A DNA stretch of 64,000 nucleotides from Octopus sinensis (taxonomy: Eukaryota). Below the pieces are notes generated by a model, which did not search any database, was not told the origin of the DNA, and was given only the letters and a program-made list of their open reading frames with translations. Of the stretch, positions 24,020-36,955 are shown piece by piece. Both the position numbers and the translations under genes were made by a program. The DNA is taken from the NCBI RefSeq assembly GCF_006345805.1, contig NC_042997.1, positions 116,374,001-116,438,000 of the forward strand. Reading direction: 5' to 3'. Within the stretch, counting starts at the first letter, position 1; each line of letters begins with the position of its first letter.

Positions 24020-27000
24020 TGTGTGTCTTTGTGTCCATGTTTGTCCCCCGTCACACTTGACACACCAATTGATGTTGGTGTGTTTACATCCCCATAACTT
24101 AGCAGTTCAGCAAAAGCAACCAATAGAGTAAGTTCTAGGATTTAAAAAAAATAAGTCCTGGAGCAAATTTATTTAACTAAAACCCTTCAAGGTGCTGCCC
24201 CAGCATGGTTGTAGTCAAATGACTTAAATATGTATAAGAATAAAAGCTATTTCATCATCATCATTATTATTATTATTATTAGGGCAGCAAACTGGCAGAA
24301 TTGTTAGCATATCAGGTAAAATGCTTAGCAGTATTTCATCCGCCGCTAGTTCTGAGTTCAAATTCCTCCGAGGTCGACTTTACCTTTCATCCTTTCGGGA
24401 TCGATTACATAAGTACCAGTTACGCACTGGGGTCGAAAATCGACTTAATCCATTTGTCTGTCCATGTTTGTCTTCTCTGTGTTTAGCCCCTTGTGGGTAG
24501 TAAAGAAATAGGTATTTTGTCTGCTGCTATGTTCTGAGTTCAAATTTCACTGAGGTCGACTTTGCCTTTCATTCTTTTGGGGTTGATTAAATAAGTACCA
24601 GTTACACACTGGGGTCGATGTAATCGACTTAATCCGTTTGTCTGTCCTCTCTGTGTTTAGCCCCTTGTGGGTTGTAAAGAAATAGGTATTTTCTCTGCTG
24701 CTATGTTCTGAGTTCAAATTCTGCCAAGGTTGACTTTGCCTTTCAGGGTCCATAAAATAAGTACCAGCTGAACACTGGGGTCGATGTAATCAACTCATCT
24801 CCTCCCCCAAAATTGCTGCCCTTCTGGCAAAATTTGAAACCATCATCATCCTTATTATGATTTTTTATTATTATTATTATCATTCTCCAAGAAGTATCCA
24901 TTTTCCTATATTCTTCACTCTGCTAGTATCTGCTTTATCTACACTTCCTCCTAAAAAAGACTAGCTGATCATATGGACCTGTGTAGCTTGTAATTTAAAG
25001 TAAAGAGAAGGACATTAAAAGAATCATTACAGTTCCCTCAAACGTTACAAAAACCAAAGCGAAATGACCTTAGCAACTCTGAAGAAGTTATCATTAATGT
25101 TTGGCTTGTTATTTCCATGGTTCCATTATTTTACAGAAGACAGCTCTTCATGTTACTTCGTGTCTGACAGGTCTAGCATTCACTGACGTTGTCACGATAA
25201 ACAAAAGCCATTAACTCAACAGCGACGGAACACAGAAAGGGAGGCTTGTTAATAATAATATAGGTGAGTGATAACAAGAATACGACAAGTGTGTATTAGC
25301 TAAAACATACAGGATCTGCAGCAGGGGAAATTCGTGTGTGCTTTTCTGTCAGTTTAGAATATACAAGCATTATAGTTGAACAGTGTCCAAAAAGAATACG
25401 TTATAATCACTGAGATAACCATGTTTTATAGACTAGAAAGGAATCTACAACGTACGTATATTCTGAGAAAAAATTAATTTCAGACAGTAGCAAAAACCAA
25501 AAAAAAAAATATATAATAAATAATAAACATATATCTATACTGCACCTTTCTAATTTCTTCATTTTTAATCAATGTCCTCAACGCAACCAATGCACAAAGT
25601 TGAACAGAAAAATGAGTATCTTGACAGGCCAGATCCAAGAGACTGGAAATAAATAAAACAACAGTGGTAGATATTACAGTTCTATATTTAAGAGAGGAGG
25701 AATTATTTACATTATTTACATTTGATGCATATTTGTCCTCATCTTGTTTGTTGCTAACATAACGTTTCGGCTGATAAACCATCCAGCCTTCATCTCAACC
25801 ACATGGACCCATTTGATTCCCACTTTACTCAGATGGACCCTCATTGCCATTCGATGTTTCAAAGAAACCTTATTGTATACTTATTAAAAATAATTAGGGG
25901 TAAAGGTAAAGAGCCCCTTCAGTCATGAATGACCATGGGATTGCACCTAGAAAGTTCCCCTCTGAGGCACAAATCCAGGCAAAGTTATTTATACAGCTCT
26001 ATATTTAAGAGATGAAGAATTATGTACATTATTTACATTTGATGGATATTTGTCCTCATCTTGTTTAGGCTGATATACCCTCCAGCCTTCATCAGGTGTC
26101 TTAAGGAGATTTCAAACCTGGGTTCTCATTCCTAAGGTATTTTTCGACGTTATTATTATTATTGGTGTAGTGGTTAAGAGCGCGGTCTACTAACCTCAAG
26201 ATTCCAATTTCAATTCCAGGCAGTGACCTGAATAATAATGATAATAATAATCATCATCATCATTGTTTAACGTCTGCTTTCCATGCTAGCATGGGTTGGA
26301 TGATTTGACTGAGGACTGGTGAACCAGATGGCTGCACCAGGCTCCAATCTAATAATAATAATAATAGTAACATCAAAAAATACCTTAGGAATGAGAACCC
26401 AGGTTCGAAATTTTCCCAAGACACCTGATGAAGGCTGGAGTGTACATTAGCTGAAAAGTTGTGTTAACAACAAACAAGATGAGGACAAATATCCGTCAAA
26501 TGTAAATAATGTAAATGGTAGATATATTGAATGCAGAAATATAAGGAATTGCTATTAAATTCAATGCTATTTTCTTTTACCTTTTACTTGTGTTCAATCA
26601 TTAGACTGCGGCCATGTTGGGTCACTGATTTGAAGATTTTTTTAGTTGAATGGATAGACCCCCAATACTTATTTTTTTAAAGCTTGGCACTTATTCTATC
26701 GGTCTCTTTTACCAAACTGCTAAGTTACAGGGACGTAAACACACCAGCACTAGTTGTCAAGCAGTGGTTAAGGATAAACACAGACATGAAGATCAAGCAC
26801 ATACAAGATCTGATCAAGAAGTATCCGGACTGTTGCCATAGTGATGAAGCTGGTTGTCATGTGGTGGGATGATATACACAAAGACACACACACACACACC
26901 GCTGTGTTGGTTCCACACATAAAGCACTGGTGCTGATGCCACGTAAAAAGCACCCACTACACTTTGTAAAGTGGTTGGCATTAGGAAGGGCATCCAGTCA

Positions 27001-30000
27001 TAGAAACCATTCCACAACAGACAATCTGGAGCTTGGTGCACCACTCCAGCCTTGCCAGATCCTGCCAAACCATCCAGTCTATGCCAGCATGGAAGATGGA
27101 CATTAAACATACATTACAGGATTCCACAGTTTCTGTCTACCAAATTCACTCACCAGGTATTGTTTGGCCCAGGGTAAAAGTAGGAAACTCTGCCATCCAG
27201 TGAGACTGAACCTGAAACCACATGAGCTTCTTTATTTCATTACATTTGCCATAAAGGCAGTATTTCTGCCAGAGCCGCGTGGAGCTTAGGTGTTTCACTC
27301 ATAAACACACACATTGCCCGGTCTGAGATTTGAACCCGCGATCCCTTGACCGCGAGTCTGCTGTTTTAACCACTAGGCCATGTACCTCCACATGAGCTTC
27401 TTAATTACAAAGCATGCCTGCACCTATCATGTTTCTTTTACGTACAACAAAATGGCAAACAATTTCTAAATTATGTTTAAAAATTCTACTTACTTGAGTA
27501 TTGCTTTCTGCTGAATCAATTCTGCACACAATAAATTTGAATGGATGCCTAAATTACCACAGACACCTATATTAGAAGTGGAGAAATAAAAAGCAAACAA
27601 GAATAAGCTACAGTTTAAAGAACGTTCATATTTAAAGAAACAAGCTTAGAATTGTAATTCCAACAAAGGTCAGAGAGAATGGATGAAGATAAGTAATATA
27701 TCAATGAGGAGGGGAAATAAATTGACATAACGATCCACGGATATGGAATTAAAGTATATCTTAACTGAGTTTTTAGTATTAATTTTAAAAATTATATTGA
27801 CATGCAGAGATGATGTTTGCAAAAATTGTAGACACTTTCAACCCTGTCACATCTTTAACCATTCATTATATTAAACGTGGATGAATAAGGCGGTGAGCTG
27901 GTAGAAATGATAGCATGCTGGGCGAAATACTTAACAGTATTTAGTCTGTTATGTTCTGAGTTCAAATTCCGCCGAGGTCAACTTTGCGTTTCATCCTTTC
28001 AGGGTTGATAAATAAAGTACCAGTTTCACACTGGGGTCGATGTAATCGACTTAATCCCTTTGTCTGTCCTTGTTTATCCCTTCTATGTTTAGCCCCTTGT
28101 AGGTAGTAAAGAAAAATAAACTAAGTATAAGGCGGTGAGCTGGCAGAATGCCGGGTGAAATGCTTAGCAGTATTTGTCTGTCGTTATGTTCTGAGTTTAT
28201 GTTGTTATGTTCTGAGTTTAAATTCCACCAAGGTCAACTTTGCCTTTCATCCTTTCGGGGTTGATAAATTAAGTACCAGTTTCATACTGGGGATCGATCT
28301 AATAGAATGGCCCCCTCCCCCAAAATTTTGGGCCTTGTGCCTAAAGTAGAAAAGATTATATTATACTAAGTCTTATTTGTTTCAGTCATTAGCTTGGTCA
28401 TACTGGAGCACCACCAACTAGCATGGGTTGGACAGATCATCATAGTTCAACTTTATTCAGAGTTCCTGCCTTCCTTGACAAGTTAGAGAACCTTGCTCTG
28501 TTATGTGTTCCAATTTTTAATGATTTTTATACCCAGATGCCCTTCCAATCACAAACCTCTTCACAAAGTACACAAGGTGTATTTCATGACAGTAACATCC
28601 CTGTCCTTGACAAGTCTGAAGGGATGCTCTTGACTGTGCATTTTTCTGAAAATACACCATCCACTTTACAGAATGTCCTGGATTCTTTCCCTCATGGCAC
28701 CAGCACTAGTGATGTAGTCATTTATTCAACCAAAACTAAAGATTACTCACTCCACATTGTCTTTATTCTTTCAAGACAGTTTCATCATCATCGTTTAATG
28801 TCCACTTTCCATGCTGGCATGGGTTGGACAGTTTGACTGAGGGCTGGCAAGCCAGCAAGCTGCACCAGGCTCCAATCTGATCTGGCACGGTTTCTACAGC
28901 TGGATGCCCATCCTAACACCAACCACTCTGAGAGTGTAGTGCATGCTTTTTACGCGCCACAAGCATGGGAGCCAGTCAGGTGGAATTGGCATCGACCACG
29001 TTTGGATGGTGCTTTTTATGTGTCACTGACATAGTAGCCACTTAGGTGGAACTGGCATTGACCACATTTGGATGGTGCTTTTTACATTCCACTGGCACAG
29101 GAACCAGTCGGCGGGGGGGGGGGGGGTGCACTAGCTTTGACCACATTTGGAAGGTGCTTTTTATGTTCCACCGGCACGGGAGCCAGTCATGCAGCACTAG
29201 CATCGACCCATGCTTGAATGGTGCTTATTACATGCCACCAGCACGAGTGCCACTCAAGCAGCACTGGCATCGGCCATGACTACGATTTCACTTGACACAA
29301 CAGGTCTTCTCAAGCACAACGTGTCACCCAGTGATTCAAGGATACTTTTAAATGCACTGGTTATGCAACACTGGAATTGGCCACTGCTGCCATCTCACTT
29401 TACTTGCCTGGTCTTCTCAAGCACAGCATATCTCCAAAGGTCTCCGGCTCGTCATTGTCTCTGTGAGGCCCAACATTCAAAGGTCATGCTTCACCAGTGT
29501 ATTTATATTTAATTCTTTATTGCTCACAAGGAGCTAAACATAGAGGGGACAAACAATGACAGACAAAGGGACTAAGTCGATTACATTGACCCCGACCCCA
29601 GTGCATAACTGGTATTTATTTAATCGACTCTAAAAGGATGAAAGGCAAAGTCAACCTTGGCAGAATTTGAACTCAGAACGTAGCGGTAGATGAAATACTG
29701 TTAAGCATTTTGCTTGACGTGCTAATGATTAAAACCCTCACCTCTTGGATACATAAACATGTATGAGCCAATGAGAGGGCTTTGATGTAATTGCTCAACC
29801 AGTTAGAAATAGCAACTAAATCACGCTCGAATTACTACTATGTGGTAAGGAGTTTGCTTCCGAATTACATGACTGTGTGCTGAGCCCCATTGGATGGTAC
29901 CTTGAGAAAGTGTCTTCTATTATAGCCCTGGGTCAACCTTGTGAGTGGAATTGGTAGACAGTAACTGAAAGAAGTGTGTGTGTGTTGTGTGTGTGTTTAT

Positions 30001-33000
30001 GTAACCTTGAAATTTTAATGATGTCATTGTTTATATTTAGAATGACATTGTTGAGGTGTGAGAGGCAGAGTTTGGCCAGTTTGAACATAAAACAGGTCAG
30101 CTATTTTGGCCAAATATGGCTGCAAGTATATCATTTTTCGGATATTTACCTTTTGACCGACAGATTTAAAAAATAATTTTTTGTAACCAAACACTTTCAA
30201 ACTTCGGACACTGGTAGAATGTGTCATATAAAATGTCTTTTACTCTTAGCATTTTTGAGAAAAACTTATATTTACGAAGTAATTTCATGTTAAAGTAGTC
30301 CTATTTTGGTAATTTCAACCAATCAATGACAAACGAAAAATACATCAGAAGTTCTTGTTGACAAACAATGGCAGTAATTTTATTCAGCGGAATACACATC
30401 ATTGATTGGTTGAAATTACCAAAATACTACAACCATAACATGAAATTACTTCGTAAATATAAATTGTTCTCAAAAATGCTGAGAGCAAAAGATGTTTTAT
30501 ATGACACATTCCACCAGTGTCCAAAGTTTGAAAGTGTTTCGTTACAAAAAATTATTTTTTAAATCTGTCAGTCAAAAGGTAATGATCCCATTTTTCTTTC
30601 TTTATCCCTTTGAATGATTCCAGTGAATCCTCTTAACAATTTCATTCTCATAAGTTAGCTACATATTTGGATCATTATACTAGTAATAAAAGTACGCACT
30701 GATTCTATTTCACTTCTTTATTTTTTGTCAATTGGTAAATTTTTTTAACCAGTTCACTAATTGATTGACTGATTAAGTGTTTGTTCAATCAATCATTTAC
30801 ATTTTGTGAAAGTCCTTTTGTCACCATTCACAACCTCATCAATGATAAGCCGCCTGCATTCCAGGCCTGCTTCAGGTTTAGACATGAAGTAGAGGTGTGT
30901 CACTGATGAGATTGTGAATGGTGACAAAAAAAGACTTTGATTAATTGTTTGGTCAGTCAATCAGCTTGGTTTTGTCAAAGAATTGATTAGTTAATTAGTT
31001 ATGTATTTTTTTTTACAAGAAATTCCATTGAAGCTTTTATTCATAAGTCATAAGCATCTTAAGTGTAAAATGAAATGTTTATTCTGACAAATACTTACTG
31101 GCAGCATGTGATCTTGTTTTATGAATGGGATCTTTCAGTAATTGAGTAATTACTGGAATATATGGCAAAAGAGCTTCATATAGGATATCATTATGGAAAA
31201 CTGCATTGCCAACTGCGTATGAAGCACTCTGCAATATATGTAAATTAGAAAAGTGTGAAAAAATGGTACAGAGAGTATAAATCGATAATGTATAAAGAGG
31301 AAAATAAATAAAAACTTCCTGGAAATATTAAAAGAGGTAATTCTATGTTCTATTTTTTAAACTTTGAATGTTGTGAAACCATTATTTCACTCATTTCAGA
31401 ATGAAACTAATTTCTTAATTGTTTTTTTATGTTGATTATGTAACAAATATACAACGTATGTTGGCATCTCTTACTGATACACTAAACAACTTGTGTCTAA
31501 TACATAATTTTTCCTTCATTTTTATGTCTGCTTTTTTCATGCCAGCATGGGTTAGATGAATTTATTATTGAGACATTGCTTTACAATTGGTTGCTGATCC
31601 CCTTGTTTTTCAAGAAAAAGATCTATTTCACTCATCTTCAAAAGCATAAATGTAAACAAACATACTGACACATGTATGTGCATGTATATACAAACATATG
31701 ATAGGCCTCTTTCAGTTTCTATCTACAAAATCCACTCATAAGGCTTTGGTTGGCCTAGGGCTATAGGAAAAGACACTTGTCAATGAGACTGAATACAAAT
31801 GATGAGGCATATGCTCAAAATTCTTAACCACACAGCCATGTTTATGGATGCCAACAGCTCTGTAAAGAAGTGCTGATCTCTCAAAGAGGATGGAACTTGT
31901 GGAAGAGGGAGACCTAGGTAGACATGGGATGAAGTCCTGAAGGACAACCTCAGGATGCTGAACCTTTCAGATAAGATGACAAAGGACCGAGACACATGAC
32001 ATCTTGCTGAATTCAAGAATACTTGTACTCTACGGCAGAAGTGTTAGGTCATTCCCCACCCCTGGTGAAGAGGATTGGTTTGCTGGTGCCACATTAAAAG
32101 CCCTTAGCACACACTGTGGTTGGCGTTAGGAAGAGCATCCAGCTGTAGAAACAAGCCAAACCAGAATGGAACCTGGTGCAGCTCTTCTGTTTGCCAGCTC
32201 TGGTGAAACCATCCAACCCATATTAGCATAGAAAATAAACATTAAAAGGTGATGATGATACAAATTATCTTCAAGGCCCCAGGACAGTTTATACTTCCTA
32301 CCCTTTTCCTCGTTACTAACACATTTTGTAACTATAATTATCTTTTTCTTATTTCTTTATTTTCAAGTATTTACTCATTTCTAATACGCCAAAGGCAATG
32401 CAATATACGAGATATATACTTTCCAAAATCAATTATAGGTTAGTGAAAAATGTACATTTTTTATCTTTTACATGCTTCAGTCATTAGGTTGTGGCCATAT
32501 TGGAGTATGGTCACAAAGGGTTTGATCATACAAATTGACTTCAGTACTTATTTTTAAGCCTGGGACTTATTCTATCAATCTCTTTTATCAAACAGCCAAA
32601 TTACAGGGATGTAAACAAACCAACACTGGTTGTCAAGTGGCAACAGGGGACAAGCACAAAAGGCACACATGCAAATATATATATATAGCACCATCCAGTC
32701 CGTGCCAGCATGGAAAGCAGACGTTAAACAACAATGATGATATGCACAGCAGGCTTCTTTCAGTTTCTATCTACCAAATCCACCCACAAAGCTTTGGTTG
32801 GCCGAGGCTATAGTAGGAGACACTTGCCCAAGGTGCCAAGTAGTGGTACTGAACCTAGAACCATGTGCTTGTGAAGAAAACTACTTACCACACAGCTACA
32901 CCTATAATTATCGACATTTTTTTTATATTTTCAAGTATCTTCCAACCTCTCATAAGTCAAAGAGGATGAGTTCTATATTCTCCAAAACAGTAAGTTAGTG

Positions 33001-36000
33001 AAAAAAAAATGTAAAATATACTAACAACCATTAAAATAATAAATTGCAATAAACTTAGAAAGTAAAATGTTGCCAGAATCAAATTGTTTGTAATATTTTT
33101 GTGGTAATGTCTAACAAACAGACTTCTCAGTGGAGTACAATAATCATAAATTTGTTAATAATTTAAAACCATTTGGAGAGTCTCTTGTGAATTTGTAATC
33201 CTACTAGAGAGCCACAATGAAATAGAATTCACTGAGATCTGTTTAGTAAAGAAATTATCTCTAAAGAAATCATACGGAATTTTAGTTCCTAAGTAACAGA
33301 TTTATTTCATTTTTAACACAAGAGAAAAAACATAGATACAAAATTGAAACTAGCAATCAAGTTTTGAAGAGAAGCAATGAGATTTATTTTCAATGGTCTT
33401 TTCTTTATTCTCAATAAACTAAACAAAAAGGCAATTTTAAAAGCACTTTCATTTCAACATAATCATTAACATCATCATTTAATGTCCGTTTTCCATGCTG
33501 GCATAGGTTGGATGATTGGAGAGGAGCTGGTAAGGCCAGGAGCCACACCAGGTTTCATTGTCTGTGTTTGTATGGTTTCTACAGCTGGATGCCCTTCCTA
33601 ATGCCAACCACTTTATAGAGTATACTGAGTACTTTTTACATGGCATCAGCGCCAGTGCTTTTTACATGGCACCAACACCAGTGTTTTTTTGTGTTAGTGT
33701 ATGAGATGTGGATGGGGGCGAGAAGGTTGACAGGACAGAGCCGAATATGGACAAGTAATTACCAAGGTGGTTTTAGGATTTCAATTCTGTTGTGGTGGGC
33801 GGGTCTTTTTGAGTACAGCAATGTGCCATACGTCTTGGTCCTATTATATATATATATATATGTTTATATCGCACCATGGTGTGATATGAACATTTTAGGT
33901 GGTTTTTAGAGTCAGGATTTTAACTGCTATTTTGGCATGGTGGTGTCTCTCAAATACCCTTATTTATAGTTGTAAAAAAATTATTACCTTTGTATGGTAT
34001 TTATTCCCATGCTGGCCACTAGATAATATCGATATTTAAATATCAATATTATCCTTATTCATAAATATATATATATATGGGATGCGTGTGTGTGTGTACT
34101 AAGAAATAAGTCTTTTGTCATCTAAAAAGAAATGTGACAAATGAGCAGTCCACTTGGGGAAGACTGCCCAGTTGTAAAATAATGCCCAAAATATATTCAT
34201 CTAACCCATGCTAGCTTGGAGAAATGGATGTAAGTGAATATATGATTTTAGATATAACCCTTTAATTTTCTTAACCCCTCGGTACCAAGTTAATTCGTTC
34301 GTTACTCTGTTAATTTCTTCAAACCCCGATTGCTTAAGTCTTATCACTACCGTCCCCAATCAAAATCTTTGCCGCCATTCGCTAACCTGTGTGATCTTTC
34401 CTCCTCAAAATTCTTTAATTTTTTAAAAATGCCTCGGTATGAAGATATTTCGTTCGTCCACCGTCCCCAATCGAATTCTCCGCCATTACTGTACTGTCCT
34501 GTCTTCAATCAAAACTTCCGTCTTTCCAACCCACTTCCGGTGAACCTATATAATATCACCTCGTGCTCCTCTTTCATTCACTCTTTCTTGACCACACAGC
34601 GATGATCATAGCAAGCTAAGAATTCTCATTTCATTTCTTCCGACTCTTGTACTACATACATACATTTGCCGCTAACCCATAAATGTTCGAATCTATTCAC
34701 TAATTCTGCTTGTTCTTATGGTCCCCCACAAAATATAACCCTTTAATTTTCTTAACCCCTCGGTACCAAGTTAATTCGTTCGTTACTCTGTTAATTTCTT
34801 CAAACCCCGATTGCTTAAGTCTTATCACTACCGTCCCCAATCAAAATCTTCGCCGCCATTCGCGGTTCACCCGCCATTTCCCACCCCCACCACCCATACC
34901 GGAGAACACTCTGTTTACACCATCCTCACCGGATATCCCCTCTACCACCGCCACCACTACGTGTGTCTGTTCCTCCTACCCCTCCTCCTCAATATACTTT
35001 CTCACTATGTATCTACCCCTGCCTCTCTCCCCCTAGACAGAAACAGCTAGCGCCACAGCTCATCAAACGTCCGACTTAACCTGTTATCTTATGTTCCTCC
35101 TGTTTTGAAATGTGTCACTGTCTCAACCGGCTATCTCCTTCCAGCCCCCTCCCCCACTCGTGATATCCTACGTTTTACTTCCTACTTTTCATTCTGTCTA
35201 GAACCTGCCACCAACCCTACCTGTCATCGTTTCTCTTTACCCCAAACCTTCCCCACTGGTGCTCCCCTATATTACATGCACACCCCCCACTTTCTCTCCC
35301 TCTCTTCTCTCTGCCGGAACCCTCCCCCTGCCGCAATGCAACGAAAAAAGGCAATAACCGATCGTGGCCGATGCCAGACCCCTCTGGCACCTGTGCAGGT
35401 GGCACGTAAAAAGCACCCACTACACTCGCGGAGTGGTTGGCGTTAGGAAGGGCATCCAGCTGTAGAAATACTGCCAGATCAGACTGGAGCCTGGGGCAGC
35501 CCCTGGCTTCCCAGACCCCGGTCAAACCGTCCAACCCGTGCTAGCGCGGAAAACGGACGTTAAACGATGATGATGATGATGATGATGATATTCATTTACT
35601 TGTTTTAGTCATTTGACTGCAGCCATGCTTGAGCACCGCCTTTAGTCGAGCAAATCGACCCCAAGACTTATTCTTTGTAAGCCTAGTACTTACTCAATCA
35701 GTCTCTTTTGCCAAACCATTATGGGGACGTAAACACACCAGAATTGGTTGTCAAGCGATGTTGGGGGACAAACAGAGATGCACAAACATATACACACACC
35801 TACATATATATATATATATATATATATGATGGACTTTTTTCACTTATGAAATACACTCACAAAGCTTTGGTCAGCCCGAGGCTATAGTAGAAGACACTTA
35901 CCAAAGGTGCCATGCAGTTGGACAACCTGGAACCATGTGGTTTGTAAGCAAGCTACTTACCCCACAGTCACTCCTGCGGAACACTGGGCCTCACCGAGTC

Positions 36001-36861
36001 AATGACAAGTGACGAAGACCTTTGGAGATATGCTGTGCTTGAGAAGACCCAGCAAGCCAAATGAGACCATAACCATGGCCTATGCCAGTGAAGCTTAACC
36101 AGCCCATTTAAGAGTACCCTTCAATCGATGGGCAATAAACTGCACTTGCGAAGACCTGTTGAGGCAAGTGAAATTGTTGTCATGGCCGAAGGCATGTAAA
36201 AAGCACCTTTCAAGTATGATCGCTGCCAGTGTTGCCTGACTGGCTCCTGTGTTGGTGGCACATAAATAACACCATTCGAGGTGGTCATTGCCAGTGCCAC
36301 TCAACTGGCCCTCGTGCCAGTGGCACGTAAAAAGCATCCATTACATTTTCGCAGTGGTTGGCGTTAGGAAGAGCATCCAGCTGTAGAAACTTTGCCAGAT
36401 CAGATTGGAGCCTGGTGCTGCTTTCTGGCTTGCCAGCCCTCAGTCAAACCATCTAACCCATGGCAGCATGGAAAGCAGACGTTAAACAACAATGACGACG
36501 ATGATGATGATGATATAAAAACTTTGAGTGCATATTTATATTTGTATGTGCCCCCCCCCCCCAATAATGACAAATTACAATTTTAGTACAATACTCACTT
36601 TTCTCACATTTGCATCTTTATCCTTTAAGCAATTTAAAAATGTCTTGAACAGTGCATCTCTGAAAGTATAAATATCATAATGAGAATTCCAGTTAAGTGG
36701 TGATTAGAATTTTAACCCATAGGAAATAGACTACAGCAGGCTATCAAATTATATTGAATTAAGCACATACTTAATATACATTTTTCTAATTGAAATTAAA
36801 TGGAAAAGGGTATTTTTCAATCAGAAATTTAGTTAGATATTTTGTAAAATTTTCTTTACAA

Positions 36862-36955
<94 letters not shown>

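Noticed and set aside
26163-26225. tRNA genes (this head and other SINE heads, e.g. 6985, 13955)
   Set aside because: Acceptor stems are not closed, B-boxes are decayed and each is fused to a repeat body, so they are SINE heads rather than functional tRNAs
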